From Minisyncoccota bacterium (lineage in GTDB: Bacteria > Patescibacteriota > Minisyncoccia > Phycocordibacterales > UBA9973), in assembly GCA_031413715.1 (NCBI GenBank), contig JANOFO010000011.1, forward strand, positions 18,903 through 82,902: a stretch of 64,000 nt of DNA, written 5' to 3'. The translations under genes were made by a program, and so were the position numbers. Shown one piece after another: positions 8,987 through 17,889 of the stretch (position 1 is the first letter of the stretch; every line of letters begins with the position of its first letter). Below the pieces are notes generated by a model. That model saw only the letters and a program-made list of their open reading frames with translations, was not told the origin of the DNA and searched no databases.

Positions 8987-9361
8987 TTACATCATCTTCA
9001 CATCGATATCGACTCCAGATGGGAGGGATAGGTTTGTGAGAGCTTCGATTGTTTTTGGGTTTGGGTTAAGAATATCTATCACGCGCTTATGGATTCTGAT
9101 TTCAAACTGTTCACGCGCATTCTTGAAAACGAACGACGAGCGGTTGACCGTATACTTTTTAATCTCAGTTGGAAGTGGTATTGGCCCGACTATTTTTGCA
9201 TCATAGCGGAGAGCTGTATCGATAATCTGCTTGACGGATGCATCGAGAATCTTGTTCTCGTATGCGCGCACCCGAATGCGCAATTGGACAGTAGTTGCAT
9301 CTTCTTTCGCTTTTGCTTTCTTAACTACGGTTTTCTTTTTAGTTTTTAATGTTGTGGGCAT
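8987..9361 (-). CDS. rpsJ: 30S ribosomal protein S10 with basic N-terminal extension
   Basis: LRIRVRAY..GPIPLPT..REQFEIRIHKRVIDI. Confidence 0.97.
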   Translation of the reverse strand: MPTTLKTKKKTVVKKAKAKEDATTVQLRIRVRAYENKILDASVKQIIDTALRYDAKIVGPIPLPTEIKKYTVNRSSFVFKNAREQFEIRIHKRVIDILNPNPKTIEALTNLSLPSGVDIDVKMM

Positions 9362-9365
9362 ATCG

Positions 9366-9438
9366 TTAGGTTCTAGTTTCTAGGTTCTAGGTTCCTGTAT
9401 TTCTACTAGAACCTAGCCACTAGCTACTAACAACTAAT
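9366..9438. repeat. Heptameric CTAG-periodic inverted array B
   Basis: ttaggtt ctagttt ctaggtt ctaggtt ... ctagaac ctagcca ctagcta ctaacaa ctaat. Confidence 0.7.
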
Positions 9439-10638
9439 TTATTTAATGATCTTTGTTACGACACCAGCGCCTACGGTCTTGCCACCTTCACGGATTGCGA
9501 AGTGCATAGACTCTTCGAGAGCAACCGGAGTAACAAGTTTGACTGAAAGTTTGACTGTATCACCTGGCATAACCATTTCGACTCCAGTAGGAAGTGTAGA
9601 TTCGCCAGTTACGTCTGTTGTACGTATGTAGAACTGAGGCTTGTATCCAGTAAAGAATGGAGTGTGGCGACCACCTTCCTCCTTTTTCAATATGTATACT
9701 TCACATTCAAATTCTGAATGAGGAGTAACTGTACCTGGCTTTGCAAGAACCTGACCGCGAGTGATGTCTTCTTTCTTGATACCACGGATTAGTATTCCAG
9801 CATTGTCGCCAGCCATACCTTCTTTCAAATTCTTGTTGAACATTTCAATGCCAGTGACTGTAGTCTTTGCAGTGTCCTTGATACCGACGATTTCTACATC
9901 CTCACCAACCTTGACGATTCCGCGTTCAATTTTACCTGTAACGACAGTACCGCGGCCTTCGATTGAGAAAATGTCCTCGATCGGCATAAGGAATGGCTTG
10001 ACGATGTCACGCTCTGGAACAGGGATGTATGTATCGAGTGCGTTTGCGAGTTCAAGTACTTTCATTGCCCATTCATCTGTATTGTCTTTTGCTTCAAGAG
10101 CTTTGAGACCTGAACCACGGATAACTGGAGCATTTGCGCCATCAAAGCCTTGTTTTGTAAGGAGTTCTCGGATTTCTTCTTCGACTAGATCAATCATGTC
10201 TTTATCATCAACCATGTCGCACTTGTTCAGAAATACGATGATTTTTGGTACACCCACTTGCTTAGCAAGGAGGACGTGTTCACGAGTCTGAGGCATCGCG
10301 CCATCAGTTGCAGCAACGACAAGTACCGCGCCGTCCATCTGAGCAGCACCTGTAATCATGTTCTTTATATAGTCCGCGTGACCTGGAGCGTCGATGTGCG
10401 CATAGTGACGAGCTGGAGTCCAGTATTCGTTGTGAGAAAGAGCGATCGTGATACCACGAGCTTTTTCTTCAGGAGCTGAGTCGATTTGATCTACGCCTTT
10501 AATTTTCGCACCGTATCCTTCACCTTGACGTGAGAGGACTTGGAGGATTGCCGCTGTAAGTGTAGTTTTTCCATGGTCAACGTGACCAATAGTTCCCACA
10601 TTTACGTGTGGCTTATCTCTGTTAAATTCTTCTGCCAT
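9439..10638 (-). CDS. tuf: Elongation factor Tu
   Basis: [25 protein letters not shown]; start set at the ATG at 10638. Confidence 0.99.
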   Translation of the reverse strand: MAEEFNRDKPHVNVGTIGHVDHGKTTLTAAILQVLSRQGEGYGAKIKGVDQIDSAPEEKARGITIALSHNEYWTPARHYAHIDAPGHADYIKNMITGAAQMDGAVLVVAATDGAMPQTREHVLLAKQVGVPKIIVFLNKCDMVDDKDMIDLVEEEIRELLTKQGFDGANAPVIRGSGLKALEAKDNTDEWAMKVLELANALDTYIPVPERDIVKPFLMPIEDIFSIEGRGTVVTGKIERGIVKVGEDVEIVGIKDTAKTTVTGIEMFNKNLKEGMAGDNAGILIRGIKKEDITRGQVLAKPGTVTPHSEFECEVYILKKEEGGRHTPFFTGYKPQFYIRTTDVTGESTLPTGVEMVMPGDTVKLSVKLVTPVALEESMHFAIREGGKTVGAGVVTKIIK

Positions 10639-10760
10639 ATATTTTATTGGTTGAGAGCGATAACGGAGCTTTTTTTGATGCTCTATTACAACTGCCAACA
10701 TAAATTAATAATAAATTAAAGGTGCTCCAACAAAAGTCAGAGTAAATCCCAATGACTCTC

Positions 10761-10788
10761 ATACTAGCAAATCTAAAAATAAAGTCAA
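10761..10788 (-). promoter_or_regulatory. tuf/S10 promoter
   Basis: TTGACT-16 nt-TAGTAT with TGn extension. Confidence 0.6.
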
Positions 10789-10802
10789 ATCGATAGCCTG
10801 AA

Positions 10803-10838
10803 CAACAAAACACCCCGAGATCTCGAGGTGTTTTGTTG
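10803..10838. terminator. Intrinsic terminator after the PKD-domain gene
   Basis: CAACAAAACACC..GAGATCTC..GGTGTTTTGTTG. Confidence 0.6.
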
Positions 10839-10841
10839 TTT

Positions 10842-11894
10842 TTATACTTCTATTTCTTTTATCTTCACATCTTTCTCACTATCATCAAGAGGATCATACG
10901 TAGCGTTATTGTCTGGGTCTTTATCGCTGTGACATCCTGGGTCTTGAGTATCTTTTAATTCATCTTCAACATCATTATTATCAACATCATCACTACACTC
11001 TGGATCATCTCCGCCTCCACCACCTAGAGGTTCAGAACAGGATGCAGTGGTACCACCACCAGAACCAACACAACTCCATGTCCATGGGCCAGATCCTGCA
11101 TTATTTGCAGATGATCCTGCATTACAATTAAAGTGTGTAGAAGCACAGATACCATTGACGACAGTAACGGCGCAGACACTTCCATTCCACCAACTGCCCG
11201 ATGCACATATTGCGGTTGCTGTTTTACTACTCAACACTGTTGCCCCATCTTTGAGATTAAATACGGTGGATGGATTAGCAACCCACACTTGAAGAGGGGT
11301 AGCTTTATTGGCAAGTGTGGAAAGGACGCTACTAGTGTTTGCATCTACAAGTTGCGGATTTGTTGCACCAGTTGTATTCCATGTCGCGCCTGTAACCGTA
11401 CAAGTACTTGCGCCGATTGATATCGTACACGTATTCGGCGATACAGTAAGTGAACCAGAAGAAGATGAACCTCCTTCATCAGTTACAACGATGTCTACTG
11501 CATCAAATGCAGAACCTCCCTGATTATCACTTGCACTAAAACGCACTGTATATGTTCCTGGGACCGTCATTCCTGTGATACTTGTTGTAGATGCATTCGG
11601 AGAGGATATAATGGGTGTTACGGGACCAGTCCTGAAATACCAAAGCTGACTCGCGATCGTGCCGTCTGGGTCCGTTGCAGTACCAGTAAGTGTGACAGAA
11701 CTCGTAGGCAGTGTTATCGCTTGGTCAGGACCGGCATTTACTATTGGAGGAAGATTAGGAACTTCAACAGTATACGGGATAGAATAATCGTATTGAGTCC
11801 AACCGGCAGATGTGAGTTTTGGAGAAATCAAGATCGCTAGTACGAAAACAAATCCTAAGGTAATATATTTTTTATTTTTTGAGATTTTTTTCAT
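10842..11894 (-). CDS. Secreted PKD/Ig-like domain, Cys-rich surface protein
   Basis: Signal peptide; PPIVNAGPDQAITLP..TLTGTATDPDG (PKD-like); Cys-rich WTWSC module; acidic D-rich C-terminus. Confidence 0.75.
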   Translation of the reverse strand: MKKISKNKKYITLGFVFVLAILISPKLTSAGWTQYDYSIPYTVEVPNLPPIVNAGPDQAITLPTSSVTLTGTATDPDGTIASQLWYFRTGPVTPIISSPNASTTSITGMTVPGTYTVRFSASDNQGGSAFDAVDIVVTDEGGSSSSGSLTVSPNTCTISIGASTCTVTGATWNTTGATNPQLVDANTSSVLSTLANKATPLQVWVANPSTVFNLKDGATVLSSKTATAICASGSWWNGSVCAVTVVNGICASTHFNCNAGSSANNAGSGPWTWSCVGSGGGTTASCSEPLGGGGGDDPECSDDVDNNDVEDELKDTQDPGCHSDKDPDNNATYDPLDDSEKDVKIKEIEV

Positions 11895-11898
11895 ATAT

Positions 11899-14229
11899 TT
11901 AGTTACATTTTTTCAAACTATTTGTAGAACAATACATCCCACCTCCAATAGTACATGTACCCGGGAGAGTAGTCGGATTACCCGAACATGTAAGTGCACA
12001 AACTCCTGTGTCACCCCCAAGTACAGGCTGTCCGTACGCAGGATTTTGTATATCGTCGTAGACACAAGGCTGCGTCTCCCCACAAGCAGGGAGAGAACCT
12101 CCACATTGCTGTTTGTTGTGAACAAGATAATCGTCGGCATAGTATGTATGATCGCCATCGAGAATGAAGTTATACAGATCGGTATTTTCTTTTGCTTCAT
12201 AACTAGCATCGACGGACTCAAGTTTTACAACCCCTTCCGATGTGATAAGTGTGTCTCCAACTGCGAGTTCTGTAACTTCAATACCAATATTTTCTTTTTC
12301 AGTTTTCTTTGGATCGATAGACTTCCATCCATCCATCGTTTTGAATGGGTGCTCTGCAGTTACGAAGTGTTTGCCCCCATTGAATGAATAGAGTGCTCCT
12401 CCTTCTAGCTTTGGTCTATGAAATGCAAGAACCGTATTGTTGCTAGTCTCTCCTTTCAATACATCTCCAATTTTGATGTCTTGAATATTTTTCTTTGTTC
12501 CATTAGCAAGCGTCACAAGCGTGTCGGCGATAAAACAATGGGCATAGTATCCAGGATCACCGCCAGGTGGTGTATCAAGAATAACAATGTCATTTTCAAA
12601 GACGCCAGTTGAGAAATCGACGAGGTATGAACCAGGGGTAGAAGGGGCACCAGGGTTAACAAATGCGTCATATACAGTTAGAATTGTGTCTCCTCCTCCA
12701 ATAGTTTGATCTGGAATTAATGTAAGTGTTGAATTTCCTGTTGTAGTTGCTTTTAGGTTAACCAGATTAGAATAAGTTGCGTTTGATACCATTGATGCTG
12801 AGACAGTTATTGGAGTCCCTGGTAAATAATTTGAACTATCTGTAGTTACTGTAGATAGTAAATCCCCGGTAGCACCAGCTGGGTATGTGGTAGCACTTAC
12901 TTTGTGAGCTGGTAACGCTCCTCCTAGCACTGTGAGTATAAAGAATAATACCCCAAGATGGACAGAGTTACCTTTTTTCTTTTTCATCATATATATTGCA
13001 ATGATTATAAGTACAATAACGAGAATTAGCGTAGCACGTGAGTTAAGTGGTTTTGATCCAGAAGATTGAACGCTTTTAAATGCAAAGTCTTTCTGATCAA
13101 GCACAGTCCCTAGACTATCGGCAAGTGCAAGAGAGACTTGCGGGTTGCGACAGAGCCCAGTCACTAAAATAGGAACGTCGGTCACTGGCCGGCTAGGGTC
13201 TTTGGTGATAACCTGGTTGAAAGTTTCACCGCATGACATACCATTTCCATTACTCAAATGTGCAGAGAGGGAGATGACAGCCTTTTCTGGGGATATTGCA
13301 TGAACATCGGTTCTCAAGAACTGATCTCCGAATTTTGTCCATATGAGTGAAAGATGCGCGGTATCGCCTCTCTGATACAAATCTTTATCAAGAGAAAGAT
13401 TTTGGATTGTAGCGCTTGTTCCGCGGATAAAATAATGAAGATCAATCGGATTGGAATTAACTTGCTCACTTGTAAGCGCTACCTTTAGGTCATAGAGCTG
13501 AGGGATTGTTCCCTTTGGCAATAGTATTGAAAAATTTTCGCTCTTTGATGCGACAAATGAAATAGAGCTCGCGTCGCCTCCTGTAGATGGAGCAATGTCT
13601 CCATAAGTAGATCGATATCTTGTTTCAAACGATGGGGTAAGAGAGAGGGCATTATTTGTATGGTTAATTGTATTACATGTGAGGCGAAGGGTTTCATCTG
13701 GTGAAATATCTACACCTTGTAAAAGTCCATAATGTTTGTTGCTCTTTTCGCCTTCAACTTTCAAATAACATGAACTGGTAACTACTTCAAAACCTTTTAT
13801 CGTGGAGTTGAGTGTGACCTTACCTGTGAATGCGACACTGAACGGAAATCCATTCTTGTTATTACTTACCAAGAATAAATTATAGGTGCCATTTAATTCC
13901 TTAGGCGCGGTATAAGTGATTTCCTTGGGGATACTGCTATGTTCTTGCAGGGTAAGTGACTCATCATACGCTTTCTCATCAACGATAGCGTTCCCCGATA
14001 TAAGCTGGACTCCGTATTTGACCCCAGTCTGCTGTCCTTCACGATTTGTGAGATCAAACGAGATATCAAAAACGTTATCCTTCTGAGAAATAATTTTTGC
14101 ATGTTGAATATCTACTGTGGCAATAGGAGTACTTGGTGAGGTAGTACTAGCCGCAAAAGCATTCTGTGAGAAAAAGGCTGAGGAAAAAACGAAAGCGCTG
14201 AAAATTAAAAACGTAGAGATATTCTTCAT
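11899..14229 (-). CDS. Membrane-anchored surface protein with Hint (intein-like) domain and Cys-rich C-terminal peptide
   Basis: Signal peptide (AFA), two mid-protein hydrophobic helices, then CFIADTLV..IQDIKIGD..VTAEHPF..LYNF..HTYYADDYLVHN (12115-12537). Confidence 0.85.
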   Translation of the reverse strand: MKNISTFLIFSAFVFSSAFFSQNAFAASTTSPSTPIATVDIQHAKIISQKDNVFDISFDLTNREGQQTGVKYGVQLISGNAIVDEKAYDESLTLQEHSSIPKEITYTAPKELNGTYNLFLVSNNKNGFPFSVAFTGKVTLNSTIKGFEVVTSSCYLKVEGEKSNKHYGLLQGVDISPDETLRLTCNTINHTNNALSLTPSFETRYRSTYGDIAPSTGGDASSISFVASKSENFSILLPKGTIPQLYDLKVALTSEQVNSNPIDLHYFIRGTSATIQNLSLDKDLYQRGDTAHLSLIWTKFGDQFLRTDVHAISPEKAVISLSAHLSNGNGMSCGETFNQVITKDPSRPVTDVPILVTGLCRNPQVSLALADSLGTVLDQKDFAFKSVQSSGSKPLNSRATLILVIVLIIIAIYMMKKKKGNSVHLGVLFFILTVLGGALPAHKVSATTYPAGATGDLLSTVTTDSSNYLPGTPITVSASMVSNATYSNLVNLKATTTGNSTLTLIPDQTIGGGDTILTVYDAFVNPGAPSTPGSYLVDFSTGVFENDIVILDTPPGGDPGYYAHCFIADTLVTLANGTKKNIQDIKIGDVLKGETSNNTVLAFHRPKLEGGALYSFNGGKHFVTAEHPFKTMDGWKSIDPKKTEKENIGIEVTELAVGDTLITSEGVVKLESVDASYEAKENTDLYNFILDGDHTYYADDYLVHNKQQCGGSLPACGETQPCVYDDIQNPAYGQPVLGGDTGVCALTCSGNPTTLPGTCTIGGGMYCSTNSLKKCN

Positions 14230-14290
14230 AAATTAGAAATATATTGATTTAATATTACTCACTAAGTATACCATTTTCTCTTTGTAAAAG

Positions 14291-14299
14291 TTATCCACA
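14291..14299 (+). promoter_or_regulatory. DnaA box consensus
   Basis: TTATCCACA upstream of the Hint-protein gene. Confidence 0.4.
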
Positions 14300-14365
14300 A
14301 ATAAAAAAGTCGCTCCTGAATTGGAGCGACGTTGATGTATTCGAACATACAATCTACGAAAAGCA

Positions 14366-15097
14366 CTAATTACTGACACGGATAAACTCCTGTGTATGGA
14401 TAACCATAAGATAAGGAGGGTTTAACGCTGGTTTTTGCATATGCCTCTTAAATCCACTTTCGTTAATCCAGTCCATAATCCAGTCGTCTCCCGCAATCAA
14501 ATGTACGTTTGAGGTCCACTCATTGGCTAAGGAGTACTTAGCTCGGTATTCAAAACCAGTTCCATTGTATAAAGATACATACACAGAATCATTGGTCTTA
14601 AAACGTAAAGTGTCCTTGTTAAGGGGGGCCGGAAATACCTGTGTAGAATCAACAATCTGTGTTGTGTAACTCGACATTGTAAACCGGCCTGTTTGGCATA
14701 GCCCTGTTCTGGGCGGTGAAAAGGCATAAACTACGACAGATTTTTCAAGGTAACCCCCGGTACTGTTTTTTGCATAGATTTTAATCTCCAATTCTGGCTG
14801 TTGCAGGTTTTCGGTCTGGACTATCAGCACCCCATTTGAGAACGTATAGGGCCGATTAGACCAGATGGAATCAACATCCGCTACTATAGTAGCAGTAACA
14901 TTTCCGCTTCCTGCGAACCAAAAAGTTGGTGGCACAGTAACGGTAAAGTTTGGTGTTTTCACCACTGGTTTTGGGTCAGGCTCTCCTCCTCCAGGAGGCT
15001 TGGGTAATGATTTGTTGTCGGGTGTGCAGCTGTTGAAAGTCAACAGCGCAATAAAGACAAAAGCTGTAGCCAAAAGGCTGTTGAAATTCTTTTTCAT
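14366..15097 (-). CDS. Putative lipoprotein
   Basis: MKK + hydrophobic stretch + LTFNSC lipobox-like motif, Pro/Gly-rich linker. Confidence 0.7.
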   Translation of the reverse strand: MKKNFNSLLATAFVFIALLTFNSCTPDNKSLPKPPGGGEPDPKPVVKTPNFTVTVPPTFWFAGSGNVTATIVADVDSIWSNRPYTFSNGVLIVQTENLQQPELEIKIYAKNSTGGYLEKSVVVYAFSPPRTGLCQTGRFTMSSYTTQIVDSTQVFPAPLNKDTLRFKTNDSVYVSLYNGTGFEYRAKYSLANEWTSNVHLIAGDDWIMDWINESGFKRHMQKPALNPPYLMVIHTQEFIRVSN

Positions 15098-15297
15098 AAT
15101 AACTGCTGTTTTATTTTGTTTTAGAAAATTATTGTTTCTTCGAAGGCGATTCTAGCCTTAGAAATTAAGACGAAGATTGCCTTCGAACAAACCTAAAACC
15201 TATTTTCAAAGGGCGCTTTTACGCTTTAGACAGCATAATTAGCTTCATGTCAAGTATACCCCCAATATAGCCTTTTGTCAACCCCCACACCCCCTGT

Positions 15298-15317
15298 TTT
15301 TCCACATTTTATCCACA
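15298..15317 (+). promoter_or_regulatory. Tandem DnaA box-like sites
   Basis: TTTTCCACA followed by TTATCCACA. Confidence 0.4.
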
Positions 15318-15385
15318 GGTAAAAGACAGAAATGAAAATAGACAATATTTGATTTAATAAAATATTGTCTATTTTTAAGGCAATT

Positions 15386-15901
15386 TTAATGATTCCTCAA
15401 TTTTCCATAAAGAAGTGTAAGTAAAATCTTTTCATCATCAACCAAAATTAAACCATTATCTCTTATCTTCTTAAATAGTTTGGTGTCTAATTTTCGACTC
15501 TGAAAGAAAAGATTCATGATAGTCCGCTCATCATCCTCAGCTGATATACGGTTTATATTTAACTTTCCGCATTTTTGACAATCATGAATAATCATAACCT
15601 CACCACCATCTTTCTTTAAAGAAATACCTAATGGCTTCATAGAAGCATGACATTCTGACTTACGATCTCCCGGACTGACATCAACATGAAGAGAATATAA
15701 ACAGTATGGGCAATGGTTACGATGCTTAGTAGAAGTTGAATCCGACGGAATCTCTCTTCTGCAATGTTTACAGCGGAAACTTTCTGCTCGTAGCTGTAAT
15801 ATCATCTTTTTACCCATCTTTGAAATTTTCTTTGGATCTTTTTTTATTAAGGACGAGTCGTCATCAAAAGTCTTTTTTTTACTGAATTTTTGATATCCCA
15901 T
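15386..15901 (-). CDS. RNHCP domain protein
   Basis: FRCKHC..HRNHCPYCLYSLHVD..PGDR..C..M..HDCQKCG. Confidence 0.9.
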   Translation of the reverse strand: MGYQKFSKKKTFDDDSSLIKKDPKKISKMGKKMILQLRAESFRCKHCRREIPSDSTSTKHRNHCPYCLYSLHVDVSPGDRKSECHASMKPLGISLKKDGGEVMIIHDCQKCGKLNINRISAEDDERTIMNLFFQSRKLDTKLFKKIRDNGLILVDDEKILLTLLYGKLRNH

Positions 15902-15994
15902 GATCTTATATTTTGTTGTATTGTACTACAATTCTTGTATAAGTCAAATTGACATATGTTGAAAATTATTTTATAGTAAATAAAAATAATTAAC

Positions 15995-16849
15995 ATGAAA
16001 ATAGAAATACTTGGCAGTGGCGGTTCAATCGTAACTCCGCGCCCAGGGTGTTATTGCGAGTCTTGCGTTAAAGCACGGACGTATGGTGCACCTTTCGTCA
16101 GAACAGGACCTTCAGTTTTCATTCATGATTATTCAATCTTGATAGATACGCCAGAAGATATCAGTGTTCAGTTGAATCGTTCTAAAATAGATACCATTGA
16201 CCATTGTTTATATTCGCACTGGCATGGCGATCATGTTTTAGGAAGAAGGATCTGGTACACACTTAATTATGATTTTGTAAACAAGAATCCCGTTCACAGA
16301 AAAACTATTGTTCATTTAACAGAAACTGAAGAGATTGATTTTCGAAACCACCTTGGACATCTCGACCATTTCAAAAAACTTGAGAATGAAGAGCTTATTC
16401 AGCTTTCTATCGAAAAGAATAATAAGCCTTTCTTTATCGAAGATTTGAAAATACAGCCCTATCCTCTGGCAGACAAGAGTGTTTTTGCTTTCTTATTTAA
16501 AGAAGGAGGTAAACAGATAGGTATCGCTATGGATGATTTATACAGATGGAAGCCGTCTGTCGCTTTTAATAACTTAGATCTATTAATCTTGCCAATTGGA
16601 ATCTTTGATTCGCACCCTATGACTGGAAAGCAATTGATGGATCCTGAGCATCACCTTCTAAAAGGCGAACTTACATTTAAAAGCACCTTGGCTTTACTTA
16701 AAAAGTTAAATCCTAAGCGAGTTGTGTTCATGCACATAGAAGAACATGATCAGATCAGTTTTGAGTCTTTAGGGTGTATTGGGAAAAAATTCAGTTCTAA
16801 GAGATGCCAAATTCTTTGTTCTTATGACGGAATGACAATAACAATCTGA
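15995..16849 (+). CDS. Metallo-beta-lactamase-fold hydrolase, PhnP-like
   Basis: ILGSGG..PGCYCESC..LIDTP..SHWHGDH..MHIEE. Confidence 0.85.
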   Translation: MKIEILGSGGSIVTPRPGCYCESCVKARTYGAPFVRTGPSVFIHDYSILIDTPEDISVQLNRSKIDTIDHCLYSHWHGDHVLGRRIWYTLNYDFVNKNPVHRKTIVHLTETEEIDFRNHLGHLDHFKKLENEELIQLSIEKNNKPFFIEDLKIQPYPLADKSVFAFLFKEGGKQIGIAMDDLYRWKPSVAFNNLDLLILPIGIFDSHPMTGKQLMDPEHHLLKGELTFKSTLALLKKLNPKRVVFMHIEEHDQISFESLGCIGKKFSSKRCQILCSYDGMTITI

Positions 16850-16904
16850 GTATGAAATCTTAAACAGGAGGGACTAAATGTCCCTTTTTTGCTATAATTT
16901 TAGA

Positions 16905-17888
16905 ATGAAGAAACGAATATATCCTGAATTACCTGGTTATTTAGGTCCAATCATATCTATATTTCCACAAGAGGTAAAAACAATGAAGCGCTTCTCATCA
17001 GGGATTATAAATGAATCCTATTTGATAACATTCACTGATAAAAGCCAAAAAGTATTAAGAATATATGCTCTGGGAAGAAAACTGGCAGAAGCAGTTCGGG
17101 AGATAAAGATTATGGAGAAACTGCGCAAAAAAGGTATCCCTATTCCAGAAATTTATACTATAAAAAGCAAAAAATACTTATTCTTTACAGACAAGAACTC
17201 AAAAAAAAGAATTGCATTGGTTATGGAGTTTGTGCCTGGTTCTGAACTAAAGTCATCAGACCATATTCTGATCGCAAGCTGTGCAAGGACTCAAGCAAAG
17301 ATGCATACTTTGCTTTTAAAAAAACGACCCTCTTTAAAAGAAGGCATACAGAGCACTACAAAGATTAAGAGGTGGATGGACAAAGAAATTACCGCTGCAT
17401 TAAGCAATACCAATCTTGAAAAAGGGATCAGGAAAGAAATATCAGAACGATATCAAAATATCAGAAGAGAATGGAATAAAAATCAGGATGTCTTTCTTAA
17501 AATTCCTTTTGGAGTCGTACATTTTGACTACGACAGCAGTAACATATTAATAAAGGATAATACTATCAGGGGTATAATTGATTTTGATGATATCACTGAA
17601 GCACCACTTGCAGTCGATCTTGGATTCTCACTTTGGTGGTGGATTTTTTTCAATCTCAAGAAAAACAGCTCAGAAATTGCAAAGAGTTACATAAAATCTT
17701 ATTCGTATACAAGAAGATTAACTCAACAAGAGATAGATCTACTCCCTCTTATTATAAGAGTGAGAAATATGATTTTATTATGTCTTCTTTTTATCAACAA
17801 CTCACCAAAGAAGATCCAGAGAAATAAAATCAATCAAGCACTTAGATTGGACGAACTACTTATTAATAAGCCTGCATATCTAAAATAA
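16905..17888 (+). CDS. APH/homoserine kinase type II family phosphotransferase
   Basis: GIINESY..VLRIY..MEFVPG..HFDYDSSNIL..GIIDFDD; start set at the ATG after a TGCTATAAT box. Confidence 0.85.
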   Translation: MKKRIYPELPGYLGPIISIFPQEVKTMKRFSSGIINESYLITFTDKSQKVLRIYALGRKLAEAVREIKIMEKLRKKGIPIPEIYTIKSKKYLFFTDKNSKKRIALVMEFVPGSELKSSDHILIASCARTQAKMHTLLLKKRPSLKEGIQSTTKIKRWMDKEITAALSNTNLEKGIRKEISERYQNIRREWNKNQDVFLKIPFGVVHFDYDSSNILIKDNTIRGIIDFDDITEAPLAVDLGFSLWWWIFFNLKKNSSEIAKSYIKSYSYTRRLTQQEIDLLPLIIRVRNMILLCLLFINNSPKKIQRNKINQALRLDELLINKPAYLK

Positions 17889-17889
17889 A

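Noticed and set aside
8906-9438. CRISPR or simple microsatellite reading of the CTAG arrays
   Set aside because: Units are degenerate 7-mers without unique spacers, and they form inverted arms rather than a pure tandem run
12115-12537. Canonical splicing intein
   Set aside because: The +1 residue is Lys rather than Cys/Ser/Thr, there is no endonuclease domain, and the host is a surface protein
14291-15317. oriC at the strand switch near 15.9 kb
   Set aside because: Only three scattered DnaA-box-like sites and no dnaA/dnaN nearby; GC skew cannot be computed here
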